In this document: positions 54,688 through 63,396 of the stretch, piece by piece
How positions within the stretch are numbered: the first letter of the stretch is position 1
Layout: the number at the start of each line of letters is the position of its first letter
DNA from: Candidatus Saccharimonadota bacterium
Lineage (GTDB): Bacteria > Patescibacteriota > Saccharimonadia > Saccharimonadales > Saccharimonadaceae
Direction: 5' to 3'
Assembly: GCA_017433245.1 (NCBI GenBank)
Contig: JAFRHO010000005.1
Span: 27,183 to 91,182 of the forward strand
Length of the DNA stretch: 64,000 bases
The notes under the pieces: model-generated
Told to the model about the DNA's origin: nothing
Database searches by the model: none
What the model saw: the letters and a program-made list of their open reading frames with translations, nothing else
Program-made: the position numbers and the translations under genes

Positions 54688-55820
54688 ATTGGCCGAAAAT
54701 GCGTAGACACTATTTTCTAGGCATGGCAGTGAACTACGCCAACGGCGAGTGGTTTAGACATTTGTTAACGGTCGGTAAACGAAAAGATTACGATGCATTG
54801 TCGAGATACTTAAGCCGTAAGTATAAGGGTGAGGCGATGCTATGCAAAAATGGGCGCTCAGCGTTAGCATTGGCACTGAAGGCATATTTTGAACCAGGAG
54901 ACGAGATTCTTGTAAATGGCTTTACCTGTTATGCGGTATATGAAGCAGTGGAGGCGGCAGAACTGAAACCGGTATTTGTGGATATTACGAAAGAGGATTT
55001 AAATTTCTCAGTAGAGACATTAGAGACAGCGATAGTGACCGGCAAAAACGTACGCGGTATTATTATTCAGAACACTTTAGGTAATCCAGTTGATATCAAA
55101 GCAATAGAGGCTTTCTCTAAGGAGCATAATTTAACGATTATCGAGGATTTAGCGCATTGTGCGGGCGTAAGATACAAAGACATGCGAGAGGTTGGGACCG
55201 TAGGTGCAGCATGCGCGTTATCGTTCGGTAAGGACAAAGCGATTGATACGATTTCAGGGGGAGCTGTAGTACTGCGTGACACTTGTAAACACGAGATTAA
55301 GGCACCTAGTCTTTTGCCGAAACTGTCCGACCATCTCAAGGCGAGATTCTACCCGATGTTTGGTGCAATGAGTCGAGGTTTGTCGTATATAGGAGTAGGT
55401 GGAGCCCTAATGCGAGGTTTGGTAAAAATCCATTGGGTGGAGAGGTCAGCCGACAATAAACTGGATTTGGAAAGACGACCGAGTAAGTTTGAAGCGAAAC
55501 TAGCGCTTGAACAGCTAAAGCGTCTGAGAAGAAACGGCGAGCCAATACTGAGGGATTTTTGCTTCGTGCACGATAGAGATAAAGTACTGAAAGAATTACA
55601 AAAGAAAGGTTATTATTTCAATGGATTCTGGTATGAAAAACCTGTTTCGCCGACGCGATATTATAAAAAAGTGCATTTCCCAGAATCCGACTGCCCGAAC
55701 GCAGTTTATGTGGCTGAGCATATTATTAATATACCAAATTATTATACGAGACGAGATTTAGTGGCAGCAAATAAAATAATAAAAGAATTCCAAGAGGAGG
55801 GAAATGGGCGGAAAGGATAA
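54684..55820 (+). CDS. DegT/DnrJ/EryC1/StrS-family PLP enzyme
   Basis: NGRSAL.LAL, PGDEIL, PVFVDI, IIEDLAH..G, SFGKDK, GGA. Confidence 0.85.
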   Translation: MNWPKMRRHYFLGMAVNYANGEWFRHLLTVGKRKDYDALSRYLSRKYKGEAMLCKNGRSALALALKAYFEPGDEILVNGFTCYAVYEAVEAAELKPVFVDITKEDLNFSVETLETAIVTGKNVRGIIIQNTLGNPVDIKAIEAFSKEHNLTIIEDLAHCAGVRYKDMREVGTVGAACALSFGKDKAIDTISGGAVVLRDTCKHEIKAPSLLPKLSDHLKARFYPMFGAMSRGLSYIGVGGALMRGLVKIHWVERSADNKLDLERRPSKFEAKLALEQLKRLRRNGEPILRDFCFVHDRDKVLKELQKKGYYFNGFWYEKPVSPTRYYKKVHFPESDCPNAVYVAEHIINIPNYYTRRDLVAANKIIKEFQEEGNGRKG

Positions 55821-56793
55821 CGATTGGAAAAAAGTAGTACAAAATCATCCTGAGGCGAATTTCTTACAGTCGCCGGCTTATGGCAAAATGAATGAGATTC
55901 TGGGTTCGCGGGTGATTTGCGATAGTTTTGGTGGGAAAGGTTATGCACTAATGGTGGTGCGTGATGCCAAACGAGGTCGTTATCTTGAGATACCATGTGG
56001 ACCATTGATTGATTGGAACGATAAAAAACTCGTGAAGATAGTATTTGATAAAATAAGAGAAATTGCCAAAGCGGAGAAATGTGTATTCGTACGGATTCGC
56101 CCACAATTAAAATGTACACCGGAAAATTTGAAACTATTAGCTGGACTAGGACTTACTAAATCGCCAATGCATCTTGCAGCGGAACATACAGTAATGATTG
56201 ACCTTAACGCCGATGAGGAACAATTACTAGCAAATATGCGGCGACAAACTCGGTACGAAGTGCGTAGAGCTGATAAGCTGGGGGTCCGAGTAATATGTGA
56301 TAATTCGCGCGAATTATTTAAAGAGTTTCACAAAGTGCAAGCGGCAACCGCTAAGAGGCAAGGTTTTGTGCCGCCGAATTTGGATACCCTGATGGCGGAA
56401 ATGGAAGCGTTTGGCAATAACGCTAAGATATATGTAGCAGAAACGACGGAAGGCGAGAAGATTGCGTATGGCTTGATTATTGCTGACGGCCTGGAAGGGG
56501 ATTATTATGAAGCGGCTTCAACCGAGCTAAACCGCAAGTTACCGGGAGCCTATGCTTTGCTCTGGCGCGTAATGCGGGATTTGAAAGAATCAGGATACGA
56601 GCGGTTTAATTTGTGGGGGATTGCACCGCCAAATCAGCCACAACATCGATATGCTAAAGTAACGACATTCAAGACTGGGTTTGGTGGAGAAGTGGTTGAA
56701 TATGTGCCGGCACATGATTTAGTGATATCTCGAGTGGGATACTTGAAGGATTTGGTGGTTGAAAAGGCTCGAAAGAAACGGAGACATTTATGA
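55804..56793 (+). CDS. FemABX-family peptidyltransferase (first)
   Basis: NFLQS..YG, LEIPCGP, FVRIRP, LLANMRRQTRY.VR, YYEAAS, FNLWGI, FKTGFGG. Confidence 0.9.
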   Translation: MGGKDNDWKKVVQNHPEANFLQSPAYGKMNEILGSRVICDSFGGKGYALMVVRDAKRGRYLEIPCGPLIDWNDKKLVKIVFDKIREIAKAEKCVFVRIRPQLKCTPENLKLLAGLGLTKSPMHLAAEHTVMIDLNADEEQLLANMRRQTRYEVRRADKLGVRVICDNSRELFKEFHKVQAATAKRQGFVPPNLDTLMAEMEAFGNNAKIYVAETTEGEKIAYGLIIADGLEGDYYEAASTELNRKLPGAYALLWRVMRDLKESGYERFNLWGIAPPNQPQHRYAKVTTFKTGFGGEVVEYVPAHDLVISRVGYLKDLVVEKARKKRRHL

Positions 56794-57806
56794 ACATACT
56801 TGATGCCACCGATAAGTCGATATGGGATGGGTTCGTTAAAGGTCGCCCGGAAGCAAATTTCTTACAGTCGTGGGATTTCTATGAGTTTCACTTGGCACGG
56901 GGAAAGAAGGTAGTGCGACGATTAATCTATGTTGATGATGTGATTGTGGGAGCTTATGCTGGGGTAGTTGAGACCGCTAAGCGCGGGCGGTACCTTGCGA
57001 TTGCGGGCGGGCCGATTATAGATTGGGATGATAATAAGATAGTTACGGCGATATTTGATGATATCAAAGAACAGGGCGCTGCGGCTGGATGTGTATTTGT
57101 GCGCGTGCGGCCACAATTAGAACTATCTGATAAATCGTTGAAGTTGATGTCTAGGCTAGGTTTAAAGCGGGCGCCAATGTACCTATCGGTAGAATTCGCT
57201 GGGGTATTAAATCTGGAAAAACCCGAAGAGGAGATTCTGGCTGGGGCATCGCAAGGATTCCGACGCAAGTTGCGCAAGGCTGCCAAAAATGATATTGAGA
57301 TTACTGCTGAAACGAGCAATACTGCAATTAACGAGTTTTGCAGATTGGAAAAACTGCATGCCGAGAGGCAGAAATACGTAGCGTTTTCGACATCATTTCT
57401 AACGAAACAATTTGAAGCGTTTCGCGAAGGTGGGGAAGTGTTGATTTATACAGCGCGTAAGGATGGTGAGACTCTGGCACAGAATTTTATGATATTCTAT
57501 GGGCCAGAGGCAAGCTATCATTATGGAGTGTCATCGGAACTCGGGACACGATATTCAGCAGCACCTTTACTGCATATGGAGGCAATGAAAGAGGCAAGAA
57601 AGCGCGGTTGTATTCGTTATAACTTATGGGGGATTGTGGAGCCGGACGAAACGTCACATCGGTTCTATGGAGTATCGGAGTTCAAGCGGTCATTTGGGTG
57701 CGAGGAATTACGCTATACGCCGGCGCATGATTTGGTATTAAAACCGGCCAAGTATCAGTTGACTTGGGTGGTGGAAACGGCGAGAAAGAAGAAGCGGAGG
57801 GTTTAG
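56790..57806 (+). CDS. FemABX-family peptidyltransferase (second)
   Basis: NFLQSWD, IAGGP, FVRVRP, SYHYGVS, YNLWGI, GVSEFKRSFG. Confidence 0.9.
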   Translation: MNILDATDKSIWDGFVKGRPEANFLQSWDFYEFHLARGKKVVRRLIYVDDVIVGAYAGVVETAKRGRYLAIAGGPIIDWDDNKIVTAIFDDIKEQGAAAGCVFVRVRPQLELSDKSLKLMSRLGLKRAPMYLSVEFAGVLNLEKPEEEILAGASQGFRRKLRKAAKNDIEITAETSNTAINEFCRLEKLHAERQKYVAFSTSFLTKQFEAFREGGEVLIYTARKDGETLAQNFMIFYGPEASYHYGVSSELGTRYSAAPLLHMEAMKEARKRGCIRYNLWGIVEPDETSHRFYGVSEFKRSFGCEELRYTPAHDLVLKPAKYQLTWVVETARKKKRRV

Positions 57807-57910
57807 GACATTTTTATGTTTTTACCGTATTCTTCGAAAAACCCTACTGTGAGGTTTTATTATAACATATTTGACTTGTTTACGCGAATACAATGCGCTA
57901 TAATGGAAGT

Positions 57911-58324
57911 ATGAAGAAAAAGGTGTCAGATTCAGTAACAGTAAACCGCAGAGCACATTATGATTATGTACTCGGCGACGAGCTTTCTGTCGGAATGGTA
58001 TTATCTGGACCAGAAGTGCGCTCAATCCGTGATCATCACGTGCAGCTGAAGGGCTCGTTTGTAACAATTCGCAACAATGAGTTGTGGCTGAATAATCTGA
58101 CTTTGGGGGCTGATACGGCACGAAATATTAAGTTACTCGCGACGAAGAAACAGATTGCAGCATTAGAGCGTGAAAAGATAGCTGGCTCTACAATTGTACC
58201 CGTAAAGTTGCTAGGTGGTAACCGCCATATAAAGTTAGTAATCGCCGTAGGTAAAGGTAAAAAGAAATATGACAAAAGAGAAACAATCAAAAAGAGGGAT
58301 ATTGAGCGAGGGAGATATGCTTAA
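57911..58324 (+). CDS. smpB: SsrA-binding protein
   Basis: NRRAHYDY, GMVLSG.EVRSIR, KLL, GKGKKKYDKRE.IK.RD. Confidence 0.95.
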   Translation: MKKKVSDSVTVNRRAHYDYVLGDELSVGMVLSGPEVRSIRDHHVQLKGSFVTIRNNELWLNNLTLGADTARNIKLLATKKQIAALEREKIAGSTIVPVKLLGGNRHIKLVIAVGKGKKKYDKRETIKKRDIERGRYA

Positions 58325-59102
58325 AATATATTCGTGGAACGTGAATGGGCTCCGGGCGGTGATCCGGAAGGGGGCCTTGCAGGATTTTATCGGTAAATAT
58401 GAACCTGATATACTGTGCCTGCAGGAGACTAAGGCGAAGCAGGGGCAGGCAGAGGTGGATTTACCGGAGTATGAGGAGCTGTGGAACTCGGCGGAGCGGC
58501 CGGGGTATGCGGGGACGGCGATTTTTACTAGAATTAAGCCATTATCGGTACGGTATGGTTTGCCAACCGAAGTGGTGATGGCGGATGAATACGGTGACCC
58601 TTTGACCGAAGGTAGGGTACTGACGGCGGAATTTGAGAAGTTCTTTTTGGTGGATGTATATACACCGAATTCCAAGAACGAATTGGAGCGGCTGGGGCTT
58701 CGGGAGGGAAAATGGGACCCGGAATTTTTGAAGTATTTGAAAGAATTAGAGAAGGTGAAACCGGTAGTGGTGTGTGGTGATTTCAACGCGGCGCATGAAG
58801 AAATTGATATCGCGCGGCCTCAGACTAATCATCACTCGGCTGGGTTCACAGACGAAGAGAGACGGGGAATTACGAATTTAGTGTCAGCTGGGCTACTGGA
58901 TACGTTTCGGGTTTTGCATCCGAAGGAAGTGCGTTACACCTGGTGGTCACACTGGGGTCATGCACGCGCGAACAATGTGGGTTGGCGGATTGATTATTTC
59001 TTTATTTCGAAAAGTTTGCGTGAGAATTTGAAGTCGGCGGAGATTTATGAGGACGTGATGGGGTCGGATCATTGTCCAGTGTCAATCGAATTGGAGTTTT
59101 AG
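58317..59102 (+). CDS. xth: Exodeoxyribonuclease III / AP endonuclease
   Basis: SWNVNGLRA, CLQETK, EGR, YTPNS, CGDFN.AH, YTWWS, GWRIDYF, GSDHCP. Confidence 0.95.
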   Translation: MLKIYSWNVNGLRAVIRKGALQDFIGKYEPDILCLQETKAKQGQAEVDLPEYEELWNSAERPGYAGTAIFTRIKPLSVRYGLPTEVVMADEYGDPLTEGRVLTAEFEKFFLVDVYTPNSKNELERLGLREGKWDPEFLKYLKELEKVKPVVVCGDFNAAHEEIDIARPQTNHHSAGFTDEERRGITNLVSAGLLDTFRVLHPKEVRYTWWSHWGHARANNVGWRIDYFFISKSLRENLKSAEIYEDVMGSDHCPVSIELEF

Positions 59103-59105
59103 ACA

Positions 59106-59900
59106 ATGGAGTATTTCGAGAAAATAGAGAAAAATCCTTACGAGGATTTGAAATGGAATGTGCCGGAGCGGAAGCAGGGCATCGTAAATGTGATTGGTGG
59201 GAACGCACAGAGTTTCCGGAGTGAGGTGAAGGTGGCGGAATTCTTGGCTGGTACTTATCCCGTGCAGGAAGTGCGCGTGGTGATGCCGGATAAGTTGAAG
59301 GGTAAATTGCCGCCGCTGCCGAATTTTGTATTTGCGCCATCGACGGATACGGGGTCGTTTGCGGAGAGCCAGGAATTATTGGATTTTTTTAGCGCCTCGG
59401 ATTATAATCTGGTGCTAGGAGATTTATCACATAATAAAGTAACCGGACGCGCCGTAGCGAGCGCCTGCAAAAGTGCCGAGAAAATGACTTTGGTGACGCG
59501 CGACGCGGTAGATATAATTGCTGAAAATATGCCCGAACGGGTGCTAATGAATGAGAATATCGTATTTATGGCGTCGGTGGCGCAGTTGCAGAAGTTGCTC
59601 CGGGCGGTGTATTACCCAAAGATGCTCCTAATGTCGTCATCTTTGGTACAAGTGGTGGAGGTACTGCATAAATTCACTCTGAGTTACCCGGTAAGTGTTG
59701 TGACGTTGCACAACGAACAGGTGCTAGTGGCACATAACGGTATAGTGAAGGCGATGACTTTGTCGGCTACAGGTTATTCGCCGATGATGTTCTGGAGTGG
59801 GGAAGCAGCAGCGAAAATAGTAGGGATGAATTTATATAATCCCAACCAGTTTGTTGAGGCGACGATTTGCGGGGTGAGTACTCAAGATCGATGTTGGTAA
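59106..59900 (+). CDS. Divergent YjeF C-terminal (NAD(P)HX dehydratase/ribokinase-like) protein
   Basis: DLKWNVPE..QG.VNVIGG pattern and overall layout; catalytic motifs poorly conserved. Confidence 0.55.
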   Translation: MEYFEKIEKNPYEDLKWNVPERKQGIVNVIGGNAQSFRSEVKVAEFLAGTYPVQEVRVVMPDKLKGKLPPLPNFVFAPSTDTGSFAESQELLDFFSASDYNLVLGDLSHNKVTGRAVASACKSAEKMTLVTRDAVDIIAENMPERVLMNENIVFMASVAQLQKLLRAVYYPKMLLMSSSLVQVVEVLHKFTLSYPVSVVTLHNEQVLVAHNGIVKAMTLSATGYSPMMFWSGEAAAKIVGMNLYNPNQFVEATICGVSTQDRCW

Positions 59901-59927
59901 CAGTGAAGTGGTTGGGTGCATGGGATA

Positions 59928-61424
59928 CTAATTGGTTTTGAGAAGGCAGCGGACGGAATAACCCATAGAGCGACTATCAGAGTAACTATTAACCCAAGAA
60001 TTTGAAATATGTAGCGCATTCATGAAGGAGCCAAAGGAATATGTAGAAGACCACCAATGGCCAATATAACCACGATCCTCAAAATTATACAAGCGGTAGC
60101 CCGATAGAGTAGCAGACCAATTATACTGTAGGCTCGCTACATTTGTCGCATCCTGCGTAGTGTTGTACTCATTAAAGAGTACTTCATACTCACTTTCTTC
60201 TCCCCCTGTCGGCATTCGCCAATTAGCTGGGCAGATATCTTCGGGGGCATCTATATTGGTATCTGGCAAATCTATGCTGTTGCCACTATCATAGCAATAA
60301 GTTCCTGCCGTAGCTGCACAATAGTTATAGTAGATGCCTGCCTCGGCTTGCCCATCGTTAGATGCTGGACCGTAACCCGTAATTGAAGTACCTTTATATT
60401 GATTATCAATCAATGGTTCGGTATAATCATTACTATTCCAGTGTACTAATGTGTTATTCGAAACCGCCATAGATGACCACCCAGCCATACCGCCGCCACC
60501 GTTTAAATAGTTGTATATAGCAACGGCTGAAGCGTTAGTGTTGGTTGCGTTCATATTGGCCGCAGTTGTGCTATCAGTTGGGTCTAAAGCGAGGTTCTCT
60601 ACCATCCAGCATTTGCCATCGGCCAGCTTGGCCACTTTGTATTCTTGCTGATCGCGGGAGTCTATAAGAGTGTAGATTTGGCCGCTAGTTAGGGTGTCTG
60701 GACAAGTATTAACTTCTTGCATGGTAGTTGCATTTGCAATTGTTTTCGGGATAATTGGTGTGGCGGCATCATATGGATGCACCATAGTATATTTAACTTG
60801 CCCTACATAAGTATCTGCGGCTTGGTTTGATGCAATATATGCAGCGTAGGTAGTTTCTAGTTTAACACCTAGTGTAGTGTCAGTTGTTGATGAACCAGTA
60901 TTGGCTTTATATTGGGCTACTTTGGTATAGGTTGCTGGTACTGCTATCCAATTATCATAGCCAGTTGAGATAGTAAGATTCTGTGGGTTATATGATTCAC
61001 TGGTATCGGTAACATTAGTGAGTTTCATGGACCAGTTAGATGTAGTATCTCCCGAAGCATAAGCTTTAGTAGCAATAGTACCGTTAGTGTTTGTTCCAAC
61101 TAGTTTAGTATGGTTTTCTGAGTCATATGAATTACCAGTATAGCCTATAGCATAAATCGCAAATCCATTATCATCATTACATATAGCAGTTAGCGTAGTC
61201 TTACCAATACCATTCTCATATTCTGAACCAGACTCACCCGAATAAGTACCAGGATTTAATGTAGCCGTATGTGTAGTACCAGTACCGGACATAGTACAGG
61301 CGACTGGGACGGTGAGTTCTACTGTATCAATGACTTCATTATTGTCTGCGGAGACTATAGTAGAGGAGAGGGCTATACCGCTAAGTATAGTTATGGCTAA
61401 TAATACAAGCAGATTTTTGTTCAT
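59928..61424 (-). CDS. Secreted protein with C-terminal Fib_succ_major (FISUMP) domain
   Basis: LIDSRDQQEYKVAKLADGKCWMVENL, GIYYNYCAATAG, DICPANWRMPT, GHWWSST, GYSVRC. Confidence 0.88.
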   Translation of the reverse strand: MNKNLLVLLAITILSGIALSSTIVSADNNEVIDTVELTVPVACTMSGTGTTHTATLNPGTYSGESGSEYENGIGKTTLTAICNDDNGFAIYAIGYTGNSYDSENHTKLVGTNTNGTIATKAYASGDTTSNWSMKLTNVTDTSESYNPQNLTISTGYDNWIAVPATYTKVAQYKANTGSSTTDTTLGVKLETTYAAYIASNQAADTYVGQVKYTMVHPYDAATPIIPKTIANATTMQEVNTCPDTLTSGQIYTLIDSRDQQEYKVAKLADGKCWMVENLALDPTDSTTAANMNATNTNASAVAIYNYLNGGGGMAGWSSMAVSNNTLVHWNSNDYTEPLIDNQYKGTSITGYGPASNDGQAEAGIYYNYCAATAGTYCYDSGNSIDLPDTNIDAPEDICPANWRMPTGGEESEYEVLFNEYNTTQDATNVASLQYNWSATLSGYRLYNFEDRGYIGHWWSSTYSFGSFMNALHISNSWVNSYSDSRSMGYSVRCLLKTN

Positions 61425-61486
61425 AGCATAAGTATAACATAGTTTTTATGTTTATATTAAAAAAACATTAAAAACTCTTAATACCG

Positions 61487-62131
61487 TCAGTGTTTCGTTT
61501 TAGCGGATTTGGCAAGTTTCCGTTCAACATCCACTGCATCACGGGAAACGTGCTTGCGGCGCTGGCGGAGGAAGAACCAGATAAAGACGAAGATGGAACA
61601 GCCGAAGATGAAGAGGCCAATTTTAACCGGCAGAGGCCAATTGGTAGCAAAGAGGATGAAGGCGTTGACGATACCTAGACAGATGGTATATAAGTAGCGG
61701 CGAGCTAGGACGATTTTCTTGGCGAGTGGGAAATTACGATTAGTGAGCGAATTCTTAGTACAATTATCGGGGTGACCGAAGAATTTGCCGTAGAGGATGA
61801 GCTCGAGCACACCACAGACCACTGCGTAGTAGATAATTACGATTAGACCGACAATCCAGTTAACGCGAAGCGTGCAGAATAGTACTTGCCCGGCAGCGAG
61901 TAGGACGTCGGAAACCATGTCAAATTGAGCGGCGTATTTGCGATATGCGGGAGTCTTATTCTTCGGGAAAGGCCATTTGCGCGCGCAAGTGCCGTCGAAA
62001 GTGTCCGTGAATTCGGCAGTGAGGAAGATAATAAAAGCCGCTTCGGGTGTGCCTCCCGTAAAGGAAATCACAATCAGAACAATGCTTAAGATTAGTCTGG
62101 TTAGTGTGAGTAAATCAGCTAAGTATCTCAT
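61487..62131 (-). CDS. CDP-alcohol phosphatidyltransferase family protein
   Basis: ADLLTLTRL, TDTFDGTCAR...FDMVSD signature, multiple TM. Confidence 0.85.
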   Translation of the reverse strand: MRYLADLLTLTRLILSIVLIVISFTGGTPEAAFIIFLTAEFTDTFDGTCARKWPFPKNKTPAYRKYAAQFDMVSDVLLAAGQVLFCTLRVNWIVGLIVIIYYAVVCGVLELILYGKFFGHPDNCTKNSLTNRNFPLAKKIVLARRYLYTICLGIVNAFILFATNWPLPVKIGLFIFGCSIFVFIWFFLRQRRKHVSRDAVDVERKLAKSAKTKH

Positions 62132-63360
62132 GACTTTATTATACTATAAAAGAGTTCGATTAACGGTTTGATGCGATTAGAAATTAGAACTTCGTCGCGG
62201 TGTTCTAGCATGATTTGGCTCATTTTAGCGATGCGTTCGGGGTGAGCGATTAAATCATTAAGCGCCACTGCCATGTCAGCAGGAGACTCGGATTTGCTCA
62301 AAACACAGCTACCTTTCGGAATTATTTCTTGCATATCTGGGTCACAAATAAAAACCGGTACGCCGCAGGCCTCGGCTTCAACTAGAGTCAGAGGGTAATT
62401 ATCGAAATTATAAGAAGCGAGCACATCGAGATGGGATTTCTGGATGGCGGCCTGGACTTTCTTGAATGGGGTGTTGCCATGGAAGGTGATGTCCAGATGG
62501 TGGTGAGTAGCGTAACGCTGAGCCTTCTTAAGATCTGGGCCATCGCCGTAGACGTCGAGGTGATATTTCCCGGTAACGCTATTGAGTGCTTTTAAAAATG
62601 GTAGGGCGCGTTTTTCGCCAAACAGTCTGGAATGCCAAATAATACATAGCGGCTCGTCCGATTCTAGGTGTTTGACTGGTGGATTGATTGGGAAATTGAC
62701 ATCTGGATAACCGTTTAGTACAGTATAGATCTTGTGTTTCACACCATAATGTTTGAGTTTGTTGGCAAAATGTCGAGATGGCACAATTACGTAGTCGGCA
62801 TAGTCGGCATGATTTACCATCAGAGTCCACATTTTGGCTTTCGCGATAGTATCGGCAAGATAATTGTCGCGAGGAACTGTAATCTTATGCGGAAGGCAGC
62901 GAGAATGTGCAAAGTTCAGTAGGGTCGCAACAGTGGTGCGACAACCGAATGGGATGATACTAGCGACGCCCATATCTTCGCGTCCGTGCATGACCTGAAC
63001 AGTGGGAATATGGAGTTTTTTACCAAGGCACAGTCCGGCGATGGAGCAACTAGCCTCGTAATGGACGTAAAAAATATCAAATTGTTGAATCTCAGGATGG
63101 TTTCTCAAAAGCCATTTTTCGATGATTTTAGGCCGATGCGCAACCGGTGTAATGCCTCGAAGAAAAAACCGACAACATGGGACTGGATAAATGTTTTGCT
63201 TGGCTAATTTTAGTAATTCCTCTGAAGATTTAGGGTAACTACTAGTAAAAATATAGGTGGTGTGACCCAGGGCTTCAAGAGCGGCTTTCTGGGCATCAAT
63301 AGAAGTTCTGATGCCCCCGGTAAGATCCAAATAACAATCCGTAAAAAATGCGATTTTCAT
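62128..63360 (-). CDS. GT4 glycosyltransferase, diacylglycerol glucosyltransferase-like
   Basis: MKIAFFTDCY....GGI.TSI, VIVPS, SRL..EK, GDGP, LVEAEACGVP. Confidence 0.85.
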   Translation of the reverse strand: MKIAFFTDCYLDLTGGIRTSIDAQKAALEALGHTTYIFTSSYPKSSEELLKLAKQNIYPVPCCRFFLRGITPVAHRPKIIEKWLLRNHPEIQQFDIFYVHYEASCSIAGLCLGKKLHIPTVQVMHGREDMGVASIIPFGCRTTVATLLNFAHSRCLPHKITVPRDNYLADTIAKAKMWTLMVNHADYADYVIVPSRHFANKLKHYGVKHKIYTVLNGYPDVNFPINPPVKHLESDEPLCIIWHSRLFGEKRALPFLKALNSVTGKYHLDVYGDGPDLKKAQRYATHHHLDITFHGNTPFKKVQAAIQKSHLDVLASYNFDNYPLTLVEAEACGVPVFICDPDMQEIIPKGSCVLSKSESPADMAVALNDLIAHPERIAKMSQIMLEHRDEVLISNRIKPLIELFYSIIKS

Positions 63361-63396
63361 ATGATATAATAATACCATAATTAAGTGGAGTTATTT

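Noticed and set aside
57837-57867. Minus-strand TGTTATAAT pointing into the end of the fem operon
   Set aside because: No -35 match, ORF or terminator downstream; AT-rich context makes chance likely.
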